Positions 48,971-58,155 of a DNA stretch of 64,000 nucleotides are shown piece by piece. Below the pieces are notes generated by a model. It was not told the DNA's origin and did not search any database. It saw nothing but the letters and a program-made list of their open reading frames with translations. The position numbers and the translations under genes were made by a program. The DNA is taken from assembly GCA_963668695.2 (NCBI GenBank), contig CAXXLQ010000004.1, positions 192,001 to 256,000 on the forward strand, written 5' to 3'. Source of the DNA: Vicinamibacteria bacterium. GTDB taxonomy: Bacteria > Acidobacteriota > Vicinamibacteria > Marinacidobacterales > Marinacidobacteraceae. Position 1 is the stretch's first letter, and each line of letters begins with the position of its first letter.

Positions 48971-49210
48971 ATGCGCGCCGGTATCCACCCCGATTACCAG
49001 GAAATCAACGTTACTTGTGCCTGCGGCACCAGTTTCGTGACCCGTTCCACCCGGGGAAGCGATCTTCGGCTCGAAATCTGTTCCGCCTGCCATCCGTTTT
49101 TCACCGGAAAACACCGAATCGTGGACTCGACCGGACGGGTTGAACGATTCCGCCAGAAATACGGCGAGGTTCGTTCGCGGCGGGCAGAGCAGACGGGCGC
49201 TCAGTCGTAG
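48971..49210 (+). CDS. rpmE: 50S ribosomal protein L31 (zinc-binding type)
   Basis: [31 protein letters not shown]. Confidence 0.96.
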   Translation: MRAGIHPDYQEINVTCACGTSFVTRSTRGSDLRLEICSACHPFFTGKHRIVDSTGRVERFRQKYGEVRSRRAEQTGAQS

Positions 49211-49397
49211 CAATCCCCCATTCGGGGCCGAGCCATCACAAAGCCTCCATGCGGGGGTCTGGACGTTCGGTTGCGGAATCGACCCCGGTTCAAAGGCGCG
49301 CCCGCTACCATGACGCGTAGCCCGTTCGGGGATCCCGAGTAGCGTCGCGGGGGCATCCCGAGTCCCAACCAACCGGAGCCTCCCAAGAAGAAACGCC

Positions 49398-50513
49398 ATG
49401 ACCAGGAAGACCGCGACCGGAACCGGAACCGTCGGCGCGGGGATCGAAGCCGCGCTCGCCGCCGCCAGAGAGCGGTACCAGGAGGTAACCGAGCGGCTCG
49501 CAAACCCCGCGGTCCTCGCGGATCCGGCAGAGCTCAGACGTCTCTCCACCGTTCATTCCGAACTCGAGCCACTCATCGAGGCCGGGAGCCGTCACCGGGA
49601 ACTCGGCGAGCAGCTCGAAGAAGCGCTCGAGATGGAGCGAGACCCCGATCCGGAAATGGCGGAGTTCGCAGCCGGAGAAGCCACGGAGACCCGCGCCAAA
49701 CTGGATCGGGTCGCCGACGAGATTCGGCGCCGGCTGCTTCCGAAAGATCCGAACGACGACCGCAACGTGTTGCTCGAAGTGCGGGCCGGCACCGGCGGCG
49801 AGGAGGCGGCTCTATTCGCCCGCGAGGTCTTCCGGATGTACGAGCAGTACGCAAGGTCCAACGGGTTCCGGGTGGACGTGGTATCCAGTCAGGAATCCCC
49901 AGTGGGGGGCATCAAGGAAATCGTCTCGGTCATCGAGGGAAAGGGCGCTTTCAGCCGGCTCAAGTTCGAAAGCGGCGTGCACCGGGTGCAGCGGGTGCCG
50001 GCTACCGAAGCGTCGGGGCGGATTCACACCTCCGCGGTCACCGTAGCCGTGCTCCCGGAGGCGGAAGACGTGGAGATTCAGATCGATCCCAAGGATCTCC
50101 GGGTGGACACTTTCTGCTCTTCCGGCCCCGGCGGTCAGAGCGTGAACACCACCTACTCCGCGGTGCGCATCACCCACCTCCCCTCCGGTCTCGTGGTCAG
50201 TTGCCAGGACGAAAAGTCCCAGATCAAGAACAAGGCGAAGGCGCTGAGGGTGCTGAAATCCCGGCTGCTCGAACTGGCGCGCCAGGAGCAGCAGGACCAG
50301 GTTGCCGAGGCGCGGCGCGGACAGATAGGCCGCGGTGACCGGAGCGAGAAGATCCGAACCTACAACTTCAAGGAAAACCGGATCACCGACCACCGGATCG
50401 CGCTCACCCTGCATTCCCTCCCGAACGTTCTGAGAGGAGAGCTCGATCCCCTGATCGAGCCGCTCCACGCCCGCGAACAGGCGGACCGTCTAAAGGCGCT
50501 GAACGGCCCGTGA
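49398..50513 (+). CDS. prfA: Peptide chain release factor 1
   Basis: EVRAGTGGEEA, ESGVHRVQRVPATE (PxT), GPGGQSVN, RSEKIRTYNF. Confidence 0.97.
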   Translation: MTRKTATGTGTVGAGIEAALAAARERYQEVTERLANPAVLADPAELRRLSTVHSELEPLIEAGSRHRELGEQLEEALEMERDPDPEMAEFAAGEATETRAKLDRVADEIRRRLLPKDPNDDRNVLLEVRAGTGGEEAALFAREVFRMYEQYARSNGFRVDVVSSQESPVGGIKEIVSVIEGKGAFSRLKFESGVHRVQRVPATEASGRIHTSAVTVAVLPEAEDVEIQIDPKDLRVDTFCSSGPGGQSVNTTYSAVRITHLPSGLVVSCQDEKSQIKNKAKALRVLKSRLLELARQEQQDQVAEARRGQIGRGDRSEKIRTYNFKENRITDHRIALTLHSLPNVLRGELDPLIEPLHAREQADRLKALNGP

Positions 50514-51046
50514 CCAAAGTCACGCGGCCCAGTTCTCCCGGTGGGGGCTCGAGCGGCGATGCATCCCAGCCAAACAGCCTGTGATGAAACCCGCGCGGCG
50601 TTCGGCCGGCGATCCATCCCGGCCAAACAACCGGTGATGAAACCCACGCGGCCCAGTTCTCCCGGTGGGGGCTCGGCCGGCGATCCATCCCGGCTGAACC
50701 GCGTCGCTTCGCGCCGCTCATCGTTGCGCTTCGGTCGCAATACACCCGGGCCAGTTCTCCCGGTGGGGGCTCCTCCCTCACGCGCCTTGTCAGCCGGACC
50801 CCCACCGGGAGAACTGGGCCTCGCCCCCACCGGGAGGACTGGCCGCTCTCGGCGCTCACGTGGGTTCCACCACCGGCTGTTCACCGCGCCGCTTCGCGCC
50901 GCTCATCGTTGCGCTTCGGTCGCAATACACCCTGTATTCCTCCCTCACGCGCCTTGTCAGCCGGACCCCCACCGGGAGAACTGGGCCTCGCCCCCACCGG
51001 GAGGACTGGCCGCTCTCGGCGCTCATGTCACTGTGCCCGCGGGCCG
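50504..51046. mobile_element. Composite family-A repeat (543 bp) supplying the prfA stop codon
   Basis: CGGCCCGTGACCAAAG...GTGCCCGCGGGCCG|TTAG; similar to the 48412 copy in the opposite orientation. Confidence 0.9.
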
Positions 51047-51071
51047 TTAGGCACCTTAAGGCACTGAACCT

Positions 51072-51968
51072 CTGAGCGAACAGACGGTCCAGGCGGCGCT
51101 GCGCGACGGCGCGGAGCGCCTCGCGGCAGCCGGTGTGGCGTCTCCGGGATTTGACGCCGGTCTCCTGCTTCGCACCGCGGCCGGGTGGTCGGCTGCCGAG
51201 TTGATCGCGCGGGCGGGGGATCTGCTCCCCTTCCGCGTGAGGCGTGCTTTCGACGAACTGATCGACGGGCGGGCGGCCCGGCGGCCGCTCCAGCATCTCG
51301 TCGGCGAGGTCGAATTCTTCGGTCTGACCCTTTGCACTGGTCCCGGTGCGCTGATCCCCCGCCCGGATACGGAAACTCTCGTGGAAGCCGCACTCACCCG
51401 GTTCTCGAGGAGCGGCGCGGGCCCACTCCGGATCGCTGATGTGGGCTGTGGGTCAGGAGCCATTGCCCTCGCGCTTGCCTCGCGCCTGCCGTCCGCCCGT
51501 ATCGTCGCCCTCGACAACGCGCGGGGAGCGCTCGACCTCGCCGCCGGGAACATCCGGAGATGCAACCTGGGCTCGCGAATCCAACTGGTAGCGGGCAACC
51601 TGTTGACCGCCCTCGCGCCCGGCACCCTGGACGGAGTCGTTGCGAACCTGCCCTATATCCCGGACCGGGAGATCGATCAGCTCGAGCCCGAAGTGCGCGA
51701 CCACGAACCCCGCGCCGCCCTCGCCGGAGGCCCGGACGGCTTGGATCCGCTCCGGCAGCTGGCGCCAATGGCCGCGTGCGTGCTCCGCTCCGGCGGCCAT
51801 GTTCTAGTCGAAATCGGCGCCGGCCAACGGGAGCAGGGTACGGCCATCCTCCAGCGAGCCGGCTTCCAAGCCGTGGCGTCGCATCCGGACCTCGCCGGAT
51901 TTCCGAGAGTGCTGGCCGCCTCGCGAACCAGTCCCGACTCAGGGATCGGGCGCGGTTTCGTGGGATAG
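51072..51968 (+). CDS. prmC: Release factor glutamine methyltransferase PrmC/HemK
   Basis: RPLQHLVG..EFFG, LIPRPDTETLVE, DVGCGSGAI, NLPYI, EPRAALAGG.DG; PrmC-like sequence extends upstream of GTG 51135 to CTG 51072. Confidence 0.92.
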   Translation: MSEQTVQAALRDGAERLAAAGVASPGFDAGLLLRTAAGWSAAELIARAGDLLPFRVRRAFDELIDGRAARRPLQHLVGEVEFFGLTLCTGPGALIPRPDTETLVEAALTRFSRSGAGPLRIADVGCGSGAIALALASRLPSARIVALDNARGALDLAAGNIRRCNLGSRIQLVAGNLLTALAPGTLDGVVANLPYIPDREIDQLEPEVRDHEPRAALAGGPDGLDPLRQLAPMAACVLRSGGHVLVEIGAGQREQGTAILQRAGFQAVASHPDLAGFPRVLAASRTSPDSGIGRGFVG

Positions 51969-51977
51969 GATCGAAAC

Positions 51978-53462
51978 GTGATCTACGTCGTCACGGTTCT
52001 CGGATACCTCGGCCTGCTGGTGTTCATCGCGCTCCGGCGGGCGCGGAGCGTCACCACCCAGGACGACTTCATGGTCGCCGGCCGTTCGGTCCCCTGGCAG
52101 ATCCTGGTCGGAACCCTGGTGTGCACCTGGATTGGCTCCGGGAGCCTCTTCGGCGGCGCCGGCCGGGCATTCCGCGAAGGGTTCTCGGCGCTCTGGATGA
52201 GCGCGGGAGCCTGGGTCGGAATCGTAGTGGTCTTCTTTCTCGCGGCCCGGGTTCGGCGCATCGCCGAATACACCGTTCCGGACCTGCTGGAGCGCCGTTA
52301 CCACCCCGCGGCGCGCCTCCTTGGAACCACCGCGATCGCGATCGCCTATCTCACGATCGCGGGATACCAATTCGTGGGTGGCGGACGGCTGCTCGCCATC
52401 CTCTTCCCCGAACTCGACCCGAAGGTGGGGATGGCCATCGTCGCGGTGCTGGTTACCCTGTTCGCGGTGAGCGCCGGGATGATCTCCGTGATCAGCCTCG
52501 ACATGGTGAACGGAATCATCATCATCGTCAGCATCGTCATCGCGGCGCCACTCGCCTTCGCCGGCGCCGGGGGCGTCGAGGGCCTCACCAGCGTCCTGCC
52601 GGAAACCCACTTCACCCTTACCGGCCGCCTCGGTCTTTCAGCGGCGATCGGCCTCTTCCTGCCCACCATGCTGCTCCTGCTGGGGGAGAGCGGCATGTAT
52701 CAGAAGTTCTACGCCGCCCGGTCCGGGTCCGCAGCCCGCAAGGCGGTGGTCGGGATGATCGTTGGCGTCATCGTTATCGAAGTGCTGATCGACGCCACCG
52801 CGGTCTTCGCGGCCGCCAGCTACTGGGACGATCCGGCCTTCCGGACCGCGGCGGGGTTCAACACCGGAGCCACCGAGACCGTGCTCCTCGAGTTCGCGCG
52901 CCAGAAGCTTCCGGTGTTCGCGGGGTGCCTCCTGCTCGCCGGCGCAGTGGCCATCATCTTTTCCACGGCGACCACCTTCCTGCTCGTCCCGTCGACCGGG
53001 ATGGCCAGGGACATCTACCAACGCTTCCTGCGGCCGGATGCCGACTCCCGGGCCGTGATCCGGTTCCAGCGGTTCGCCATGGTGGGCCTATCGGCGCTCG
53101 CCCTTGTCATCACTACCCGTTTCGAGAGCATCCTGGACATGGCGCTCTACGCCTACACCATGGTGGGGGCTGCGGTGACCCCCGCGCTGCTCGCGGCATT
53201 CCTATGGCGCCGGGCGAGCCCGCTTGGCGGCGTTATTTCCATCTCCGCCGGGATGGTGACCACCCTCATCTTCGGGGTACTGAACTCCGCCGGAGTCGAA
53301 AGGGTGCTCTTCCTTCCCACCGACTATGACTACGTGATCTACCCCGCCGCGGCGGCCTCCATCTCGGGGTTGATCGTCGGCAGTCTGCTCACGGCGCCAG
53401 CGCGGCCTGAGCAGTTGGAGGGATTCTTCGTGGGAAGCGGGAGTTCCGATGCCGGAAGCTGA
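51978..53462 (+). CDS. Sodium:solute symporter family protein
   Basis: DFMVAGRS, TWIGSGSLFG, TVPDLLERRY, YQKFYAAR; multiple TM segments. Confidence 0.92.
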   Translation: MIYVVTVLGYLGLLVFIALRRARSVTTQDDFMVAGRSVPWQILVGTLVCTWIGSGSLFGGAGRAFREGFSALWMSAGAWVGIVVVFFLAARVRRIAEYTVPDLLERRYHPAARLLGTTAIAIAYLTIAGYQFVGGGRLLAILFPELDPKVGMAIVAVLVTLFAVSAGMISVISLDMVNGIIIIVSIVIAAPLAFAGAGGVEGLTSVLPETHFTLTGRLGLSAAIGLFLPTMLLLLGESGMYQKFYAARSGSAARKAVVGMIVGVIVIEVLIDATAVFAAASYWDDPAFRTAAGFNTGATETVLLEFARQKLPVFAGCLLLAGAVAIIFSTATTFLLVPSTGMARDIYQRFLRPDADSRAVIRFQRFAMVGLSALALVITTRFESILDMALYAYTMVGAAVTPALLAAFLWRRASPLGGVISISAGMVTTLIFGVLNSAGVERVLFLPTDYDYVIYPAAAASISGLIVGSLLTAPARPEQLEGFFVGSGSSDAGS

Positions 53463-54231
53463 GGTCGCGGTCCTCCGCCGGGGACCCGCCGCCCGGGTGG
53501 AGATGCGCTGGCCCGAAAAGCGGAACGCCCTGTCCGTGGCCATGATGGACCGGCTGTCGGCGGCGCTTCGGGAGGCGGCCGGGGAAGAAGGCGCACGCGC
53601 CATCGTCCTGGCCGGCGCCGGTCCCGCTTTTTCCGCCGGCCACTACCTGCCGGAGATGGTGGGGGCAAGTCCCGAGGAACAGCGCCAGGTCTTTCTCGCG
53701 TGCTCGGCTCTCATGGAGACCATTCGCGTCCTGCCTTTGCCAGTGATCGCGGAGGTGCGCGGCATCGCAACCGCCGCCGGATGTCAACTGGTTGCGGCCT
53801 GCGATCTGGCGGTCGCCGCCGAGACCGCCCGCTTCGCTACCCCGGGGGTCCGCATCGGGCTCTTCTGCTCCACTCCGATGGTTCCAGTGAGCCGTGCCGT
53901 CGGCCGCAAGCGCGCCATGGAGATGTTGCTCACCGGGGATTTCGTGGACGCCCCGACGGCGCTGGACTGGGGGCTCGTGAACCGGGTGGTTCCGGAAGAC
54001 CGACTGGAAGCGGAGAGCCAGACGTTCGTGGAACGGATTGCCGAGGCAAGTCCCTTCGTGGTCGCCCTCGGGAAGCGCGCGTTCCACCGGCAGGCCGGCC
54101 TCAGCGTAGAAGACGCCTACGCCCAGATGTCCGAAGTCATGTGCGGTAACGCGGTCGAACCCGACGCCCAGGAAGGGATGCGCGCCTTCCTCGAGAAACG
54201 GCGGCCTCGCTGGACGCAAGGCGCGTCCTGA
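53449..54231 (+). CDS. Enoyl-CoA hydratase/isomerase family protein
   Basis: PEKRNALS, AFSAGH, ATAAGCQLVAACDL, GLFCSTPMV, WGLVNRV. Confidence 0.92.
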   Translation: MPEAEVAVLRRGPAARVEMRWPEKRNALSVAMMDRLSAALREAAGEEGARAIVLAGAGPAFSAGHYLPEMVGASPEEQRQVFLACSALMETIRVLPLPVIAEVRGIATAAGCQLVAACDLAVAAETARFATPGVRIGLFCSTPMVPVSRAVGRKRAMEMLLTGDFVDAPTALDWGLVNRVVPEDRLEAESQTFVERIAEASPFVVALGKRAFHRQAGLSVEDAYAQMSEVMCGNAVEPDAQEGMRAFLEKRRPRWTQGAS

Positions 54232-54261
54232 ACTGACGGCCGGACGGGAATCCGGCCCGGA

Positions 54262-55089
54262 TTACCTGGCTCTCGGCCGCAACCGGTAAGCGGCGGCGCG
54301 GCCTTCCCGGTGGAAACGGACGACCTCGTAGTCGCTTTCGAACAGTGCGGTCAGAGCTTCACGGCTCTTCAGCCTCCAGTCCATGGCAAGGTCGATGTCC
54401 GCTCGCATGACCGCGTTGAAGTCGCTCGGGATGCCGAAGAGGACGTCGCTCCCCCTTGCCTTGTCCGGTGGCACTGCGAAGTCGGCCATTTCCGGCAGCC
54501 CACTCGCCCGGAACGCGATCCGGTTGGCCCACGGCAGGTCCGGGATTCCAGGCGTCGGGATCAGCTCTCCCCGGCGGGCTCGGGCCACCCGCTCGGAGTC
54601 GAGCTGCCAGTCTGGTTCCAGTCGATCGGTCGGAATCCCGCCATGGAGAGGGCTCTCGCTCTCCCCGTATACGTTCAGGCGGTACACCGAAGACACGCAC
54701 CCCAGGTGGTTGACATTCAGGTTCGCGTTCCGCGCCTGGAGCGGATCGAAGGTCCAGTTCATTCGGCGAATTCCCTGGGCGAGCACCCGGTCGGCCTGCG
54801 CCCACTTGAGCGCGAGCCCGATCCCGGCACCCTGGTACTCCGGCCGCACCGCGAGCATGTGGGAGTGATGGAACGGCTCCCCTACCCCGCACCCGGGAAA
54901 ACCGCACACGAACCCCGCCATCCGCTCTCCTACAAACGCTCCGGCGGTGACCGCGCCGTAGTGACCCATGACGGCGATGAGCCCCGCCGGAACGATGTCG
55001 AGGTCCACGAAGCCCCACACCTCTTTCTGGATCGCCTCGCACTCCTTCATATCGGCCATGCCGGCGAGGTCGCGGATCGCGAGGTTCAT
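54262..55089 (-). CDS. GNAT family acyltransferase (COG3375-like)
   Basis: IQKEVWG, HSHMLAVRPEYQGAGIGLALK, WTFDPLQARNANLN, PTDRL. Confidence 0.85.
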   Translation of the reverse strand: MNLAIRDLAGMADMKECEAIQKEVWGFVDLDIVPAGLIAVMGHYGAVTAGAFVGERMAGFVCGFPGCGVGEPFHHSHMLAVRPEYQGAGIGLALKWAQADRVLAQGIRRMNWTFDPLQARNANLNVNHLGCVSSVYRLNVYGESESPLHGGIPTDRLEPDWQLDSERVARARRGELIPTPGIPDLPWANRIAFRASGLPEMADFAVPPDKARGSDVLFGIPSDFNAVMRADIDLAMDWRLKSREALTALFESDYEVVRFHREGRAAAYRLRPRAR

Positions 55090-55214
55090 GGGGGCGTCGG
55101 GAAGAAGGGGCCGCAAGTGTAAGGAAGACGCGACCGGATCGCGCCATCCAACCAGAGGCGGGGGCGGCTGCTCCCGGAAGGCGACCCGGCGGTGCTCGCT
55201 AGAATCCGGGCTCG

Positions 55215-55745
55215 TTGACCGACCTCCTGCGAGGGTGCCGTCCCCAGCTGTTCGCCCTCTTCGCGGGGATTCTGATCGCCGACCGGATCACGAAAGTCCT
55301 CGCGGAGCACTCGCTCTCGATGGGAAACCCGGTGGAAGTGATCCCCGGGTTCTTCCAACTCACCCTGGTGCACAACACCGGAATGGCGTTCGGGCTGCTC
55401 GGCGGAGTTGCCTTTCCCGGGAAGGCGTGGCTGCTCACCGCAGTTTCAGCCGGACTGCTGATCGCGATCGTGTGGTTCGCGTGGCGCGCCGGGCCCCTTT
55501 CGATGATGACCGTGGTCGGGATCGCCGCGATGCTGTCGGGTGCCGTTGGCAACATCCTGGACCGGGTTCTCTATGGATACGTAGTGGACTTCCTCGACGT
55601 CTACATCGGCAGCGCCCATTGGCCCGCCTTCAACATCGCGGACGCCATGATCTGCACCGGGGTCGGCCTGCTCGTGCTGGAGAGCGTTCGAGATCTCCGC
55701 CGGAAATCCGCCGGTGCCGGTCAGGAAGACCTGAGCGGAACCTGA
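55215..55745 (+). CDS. lspA: Lipoprotein signal peptidase
   Basis: DRITK, NTGMAFG, GAVGNILDR, VVDF, WPAFNIAD. Confidence 0.95.
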   Translation: MTDLLRGCRPQLFALFAGILIADRITKVLAEHSLSMGNPVEVIPGFFQLTLVHNTGMAFGLLGGVAFPGKAWLLTAVSAGLLIAIVWFAWRAGPLSMMTVVGIAAMLSGAVGNILDRVLYGYVVDFLDVYIGSAHWPAFNIADAMICTGVGLLVLESVRDLRRKSAGAGQEDLSGT

Positions 55746-55749
55746 ACAT

Positions 55750-56541
55750 ATGTTTCCGCGTCTCGCGGACTTCGGGTCCATCGAGCTCCTCGGGAGGACC
55801 TTCCACCCGATCCTCCACACCTACGGGATCCTCATGTTCGCCGGGTTTCTGCTCGGCCTCTACGTGGCGGCGAAACGCGCTCCGCGCTACGGCATTCAGC
55901 CGCAGAACATCTACGACCTCGGGCTTTATCTGGTGATCGGGGCGCTGGTCGGCGCCAAGGTGCTCCTGATCCTGCTGGATCCGGCGCGATTTCTGGCCAA
56001 TCCGTGGGGTTTCATCACCGCCGGGGGCGTCTTCTTCGGCGGCCTCCTGGGAGCGGTCGGGGCCACCATCTGGTTCTTCCGGAAGCGCGGGATCCCCGTC
56101 TGGCACGGCGGGGACCTCATGGCGCCCTCTGTCGCGCTCGGGCACGGAATCGGCCGGCTCGGGTGCTTCGCCGCGGGCTGCTGCTACGGGATCCCGGCGG
56201 ACGGCCTTGCGTCCGTCACCTTCACCGACGTGTACGCGAACTCGGTCACCGGGGTTCCTCTCCACACCCCGCTCCACCCGACCCAGCTCTATGAAGCGGG
56301 CATCGAGTTCGCACTCTTTTTCTTCCTGCTGTGGCTCGCGCCGCGCCGCCGGTTCGCGGGCCAGCTCTTCGTGACCTGGGCGCTCGTCTATCCGATCGCG
56401 CGCTTCATCGTCGAGTTCTACCGGGGCGACCCCCGCGGATTCGTCTTCGACGGGCTGCTCAGCACCTCGCAGTTCGTCGGGATCTGGATCGTCGCGGCGG
56501 CGGCGATCTCTCTCCTTGTCCTCCGAAGGCGTACCGCCTGA
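55750..56541 (+). CDS. lgt: Prolipoprotein diacylglyceryl transferase
   Basis: GGVFFGG, IGRLGCFAAGCCYG, HPTQLYE, RFIVEFYRGD. Confidence 0.95.
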   Translation: MFPRLADFGSIELLGRTFHPILHTYGILMFAGFLLGLYVAAKRAPRYGIQPQNIYDLGLYLVIGALVGAKVLLILLDPARFLANPWGFITAGGVFFGGLLGAVGATIWFFRKRGIPVWHGGDLMAPSVALGHGIGRLGCFAAGCCYGIPADGLASVTFTDVYANSVTGVPLHTPLHPTQLYEAGIEFALFFFLLWLAPRRRFAGQLFVTWALVYPIARFIVEFYRGDPRGFVFDGLLSTSQFVGIWIVAAAAISLLVLRRRTA

Positions 56542-57553
56542 GTCGCCGGAATCCGCCGGCGAGACGACTCTCGAATTCGAGGTCGGCGCAGCCGGTGATG
56601 GCCAGCGGCTCGACTTGATCGCCTCGGAGCGCCTCCCCGACATCAGCCGCAGCGAGGCGGCACGCTGGGTGGAGGCGGGATTTGTACGGCTCGACGGTCG
56701 GACCCGGCGTCCGGGTCACCGCTGCCGCGCAGGCCAGCGAGTGCACATCGCGGCGCCGGGCGACGGGCGCAGTCCGCTGTTCGGCGCACCGGGAGAGCAG
56801 GATCCGCTGTCACCAGAGCCCGTACCGCTCGAAATCCTCCATGAAGACCCCTGGCTGGTTGTCGTCGACAAACCGGCGGGACTCGTGGTGCATCCCGGGC
56901 CGGGCCACCATGGGGGCACGCTCGCCAACGGGCTGATCCACCACTACCCCGAGATCCGGAGGGTGGGCCCGCCCGGACGCCCGGGGCTCGTGCACCGGCT
57001 CGACCGCGGGACGAGCGGAGTCCTGATTGCCGCCCGCACCGAACCGGTTCGGCTCCGGCTCGCGGAGGCCTTCGCAGAGCGGCGGATAGAAAAGCAATAC
57101 CTGGCCTTGGTAATGGGTCGTTTCGGTGAACACCGACAGATCGCCGAGCCCATCGGACGCGACCCGAAGAACGGGCACCGCTACCGCTGCCGGGGAAGGC
57201 ACGCCCGGGAGGCCGAGACCGAAGCCTGGCCCCTGGAGGAGCTTCCACTCAGCACCTTCGTCGGTATTCGCCTGCACACCGGACGCACCCACCAGGCCCG
57301 CGTCCACCTGGCCCACGCCGGCTACCCCATCGCCGGCGACGTGATGTACGGGCCCGGGGCCCCCCGCCGCGGAGGCGGACAGGCGGGAGCCGCTCTTCGC
57401 CGCCTCGAGCGCCCCGCCCTCCACGCCGCCGAGATCGCCTTCACCCATCCTGGCACGGGGGAGCCGGTCCGGTTTCGGGCGCCGCTCGCGGGGGACTTCG
57501 AGATGACGCTGGCCGCACTCCGCGCAGCAACGGCGGGCGAGAGCGCGTCATAG
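56516..57553 (+). CDS. rluD: RluA-family pseudouridine synthase (RluD-like)
   Basis: S4 domain QRLD..SRS, DKPAGLVVHP, VHRLDRGTSG, TGRTHQ.RVH, ALHA. Confidence 0.9.
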   Translation: MSSEGVPPESPESAGETTLEFEVGAAGDGQRLDLIASERLPDISRSEAARWVEAGFVRLDGRTRRPGHRCRAGQRVHIAAPGDGRSPLFGAPGEQDPLSPEPVPLEILHEDPWLVVVDKPAGLVVHPGPGHHGGTLANGLIHHYPEIRRVGPPGRPGLVHRLDRGTSGVLIAARTEPVRLRLAEAFAERRIEKQYLALVMGRFGEHRQIAEPIGRDPKNGHRYRCRGRHAREAETEAWPLEELPLSTFVGIRLHTGRTHQARVHLAHAGYPIAGDVMYGPGAPRRGGGQAGAALRRLERPALHAAEIAFTHPGTGEPVRFRAPLAGDFEMTLAALRAATAGESAS

Positions 57554-57621
57554 GACAAACCCCTCCTCCCTCCCCCATTCGCTCCATCCGTCGCATAGGA
57601 TTCGCGCGGTCAGCGGCAAGC

Positions 57622-58155
57622 ATGGACACGGTTCTCGGAAGCCAGGAATTCCGGGAGGCGCTTTCCCGGCTCGGGGATCTGGTGGCAGCCGGAGTTCCCG
57701 ACCCGCTTGCCATTCTCGGGGTCCGGCGGCGGGGCGTCCCGCTCGCAGCGCGGATTCGCCGCCACCTCGAGGAATCCGGGCGCAGGGACATCCCGGCGGG
57801 CGAGTTGGACATCAATCTCTACCGCGACGATGTCCACGACCGCGGCATCCCCCGGGTGGGCGAAACGCGCATTCCTTTTGCCCTTGAACAGCACCACATC
57901 CTGCTGGTGGACGACGTGCTGTTCACCGGACGGACGGTCCGGGCGGCGCTCACCGCCCTCAGCAATTTCGGCCGGCCAAAGAGCGTTCGGCTCGCCGTGA
58001 TGGTGGACCGGGGCGGCAGGGAACTGCCCATCGCACCCGATTTCGTGGGGCTGCACGTTGAAGCCGGTCGCGGCGACATGGTCCGCGTTCGGGTTCAGGA
58101 GGAGGACGGCGAAGACGGAGTCGTCAGGATCCCCCGGGGGGAGGTTGCCGAGTGA
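57622..58155 (+). CDS. pyrR: Bifunctional pyr operon regulator / uracil phosphoribosyltransferase
   Basis: RRGVPLA, LDINLYRDD, LVDDVLFTGRTVRAA, DRGGRELPI. Confidence 0.95.
   Translation: MDTVLGSQEFREALSRLGDLVAAGVPDPLAILGVRRRGVPLAARIRRHLEESGRRDIPAGELDINLYRDDVHDRGIPRVGETRIPFALEQHHILLVDDVLFTGRTVRAALTALSNFGRPKSVRLAVMVDRGGRELPIAPDFVGLHVEAGRGDMVRVRVQEEDGEDGVVRIPRGEVAE

Noticed and set aside
48461-49210. 249-aa extended L31 and other repeat-derived ORFs (PTGRTG, HRENW, PPPGEL peptides)
   Set aside because: These are open frames of the GC-rich repeats; L31 has its canonical start at 48971.
57554-57621. PyrR-binding attenuator upstream of pyrR
   Set aside because: Only 68 bp, with no recognisable binding-loop consensus or terminator.
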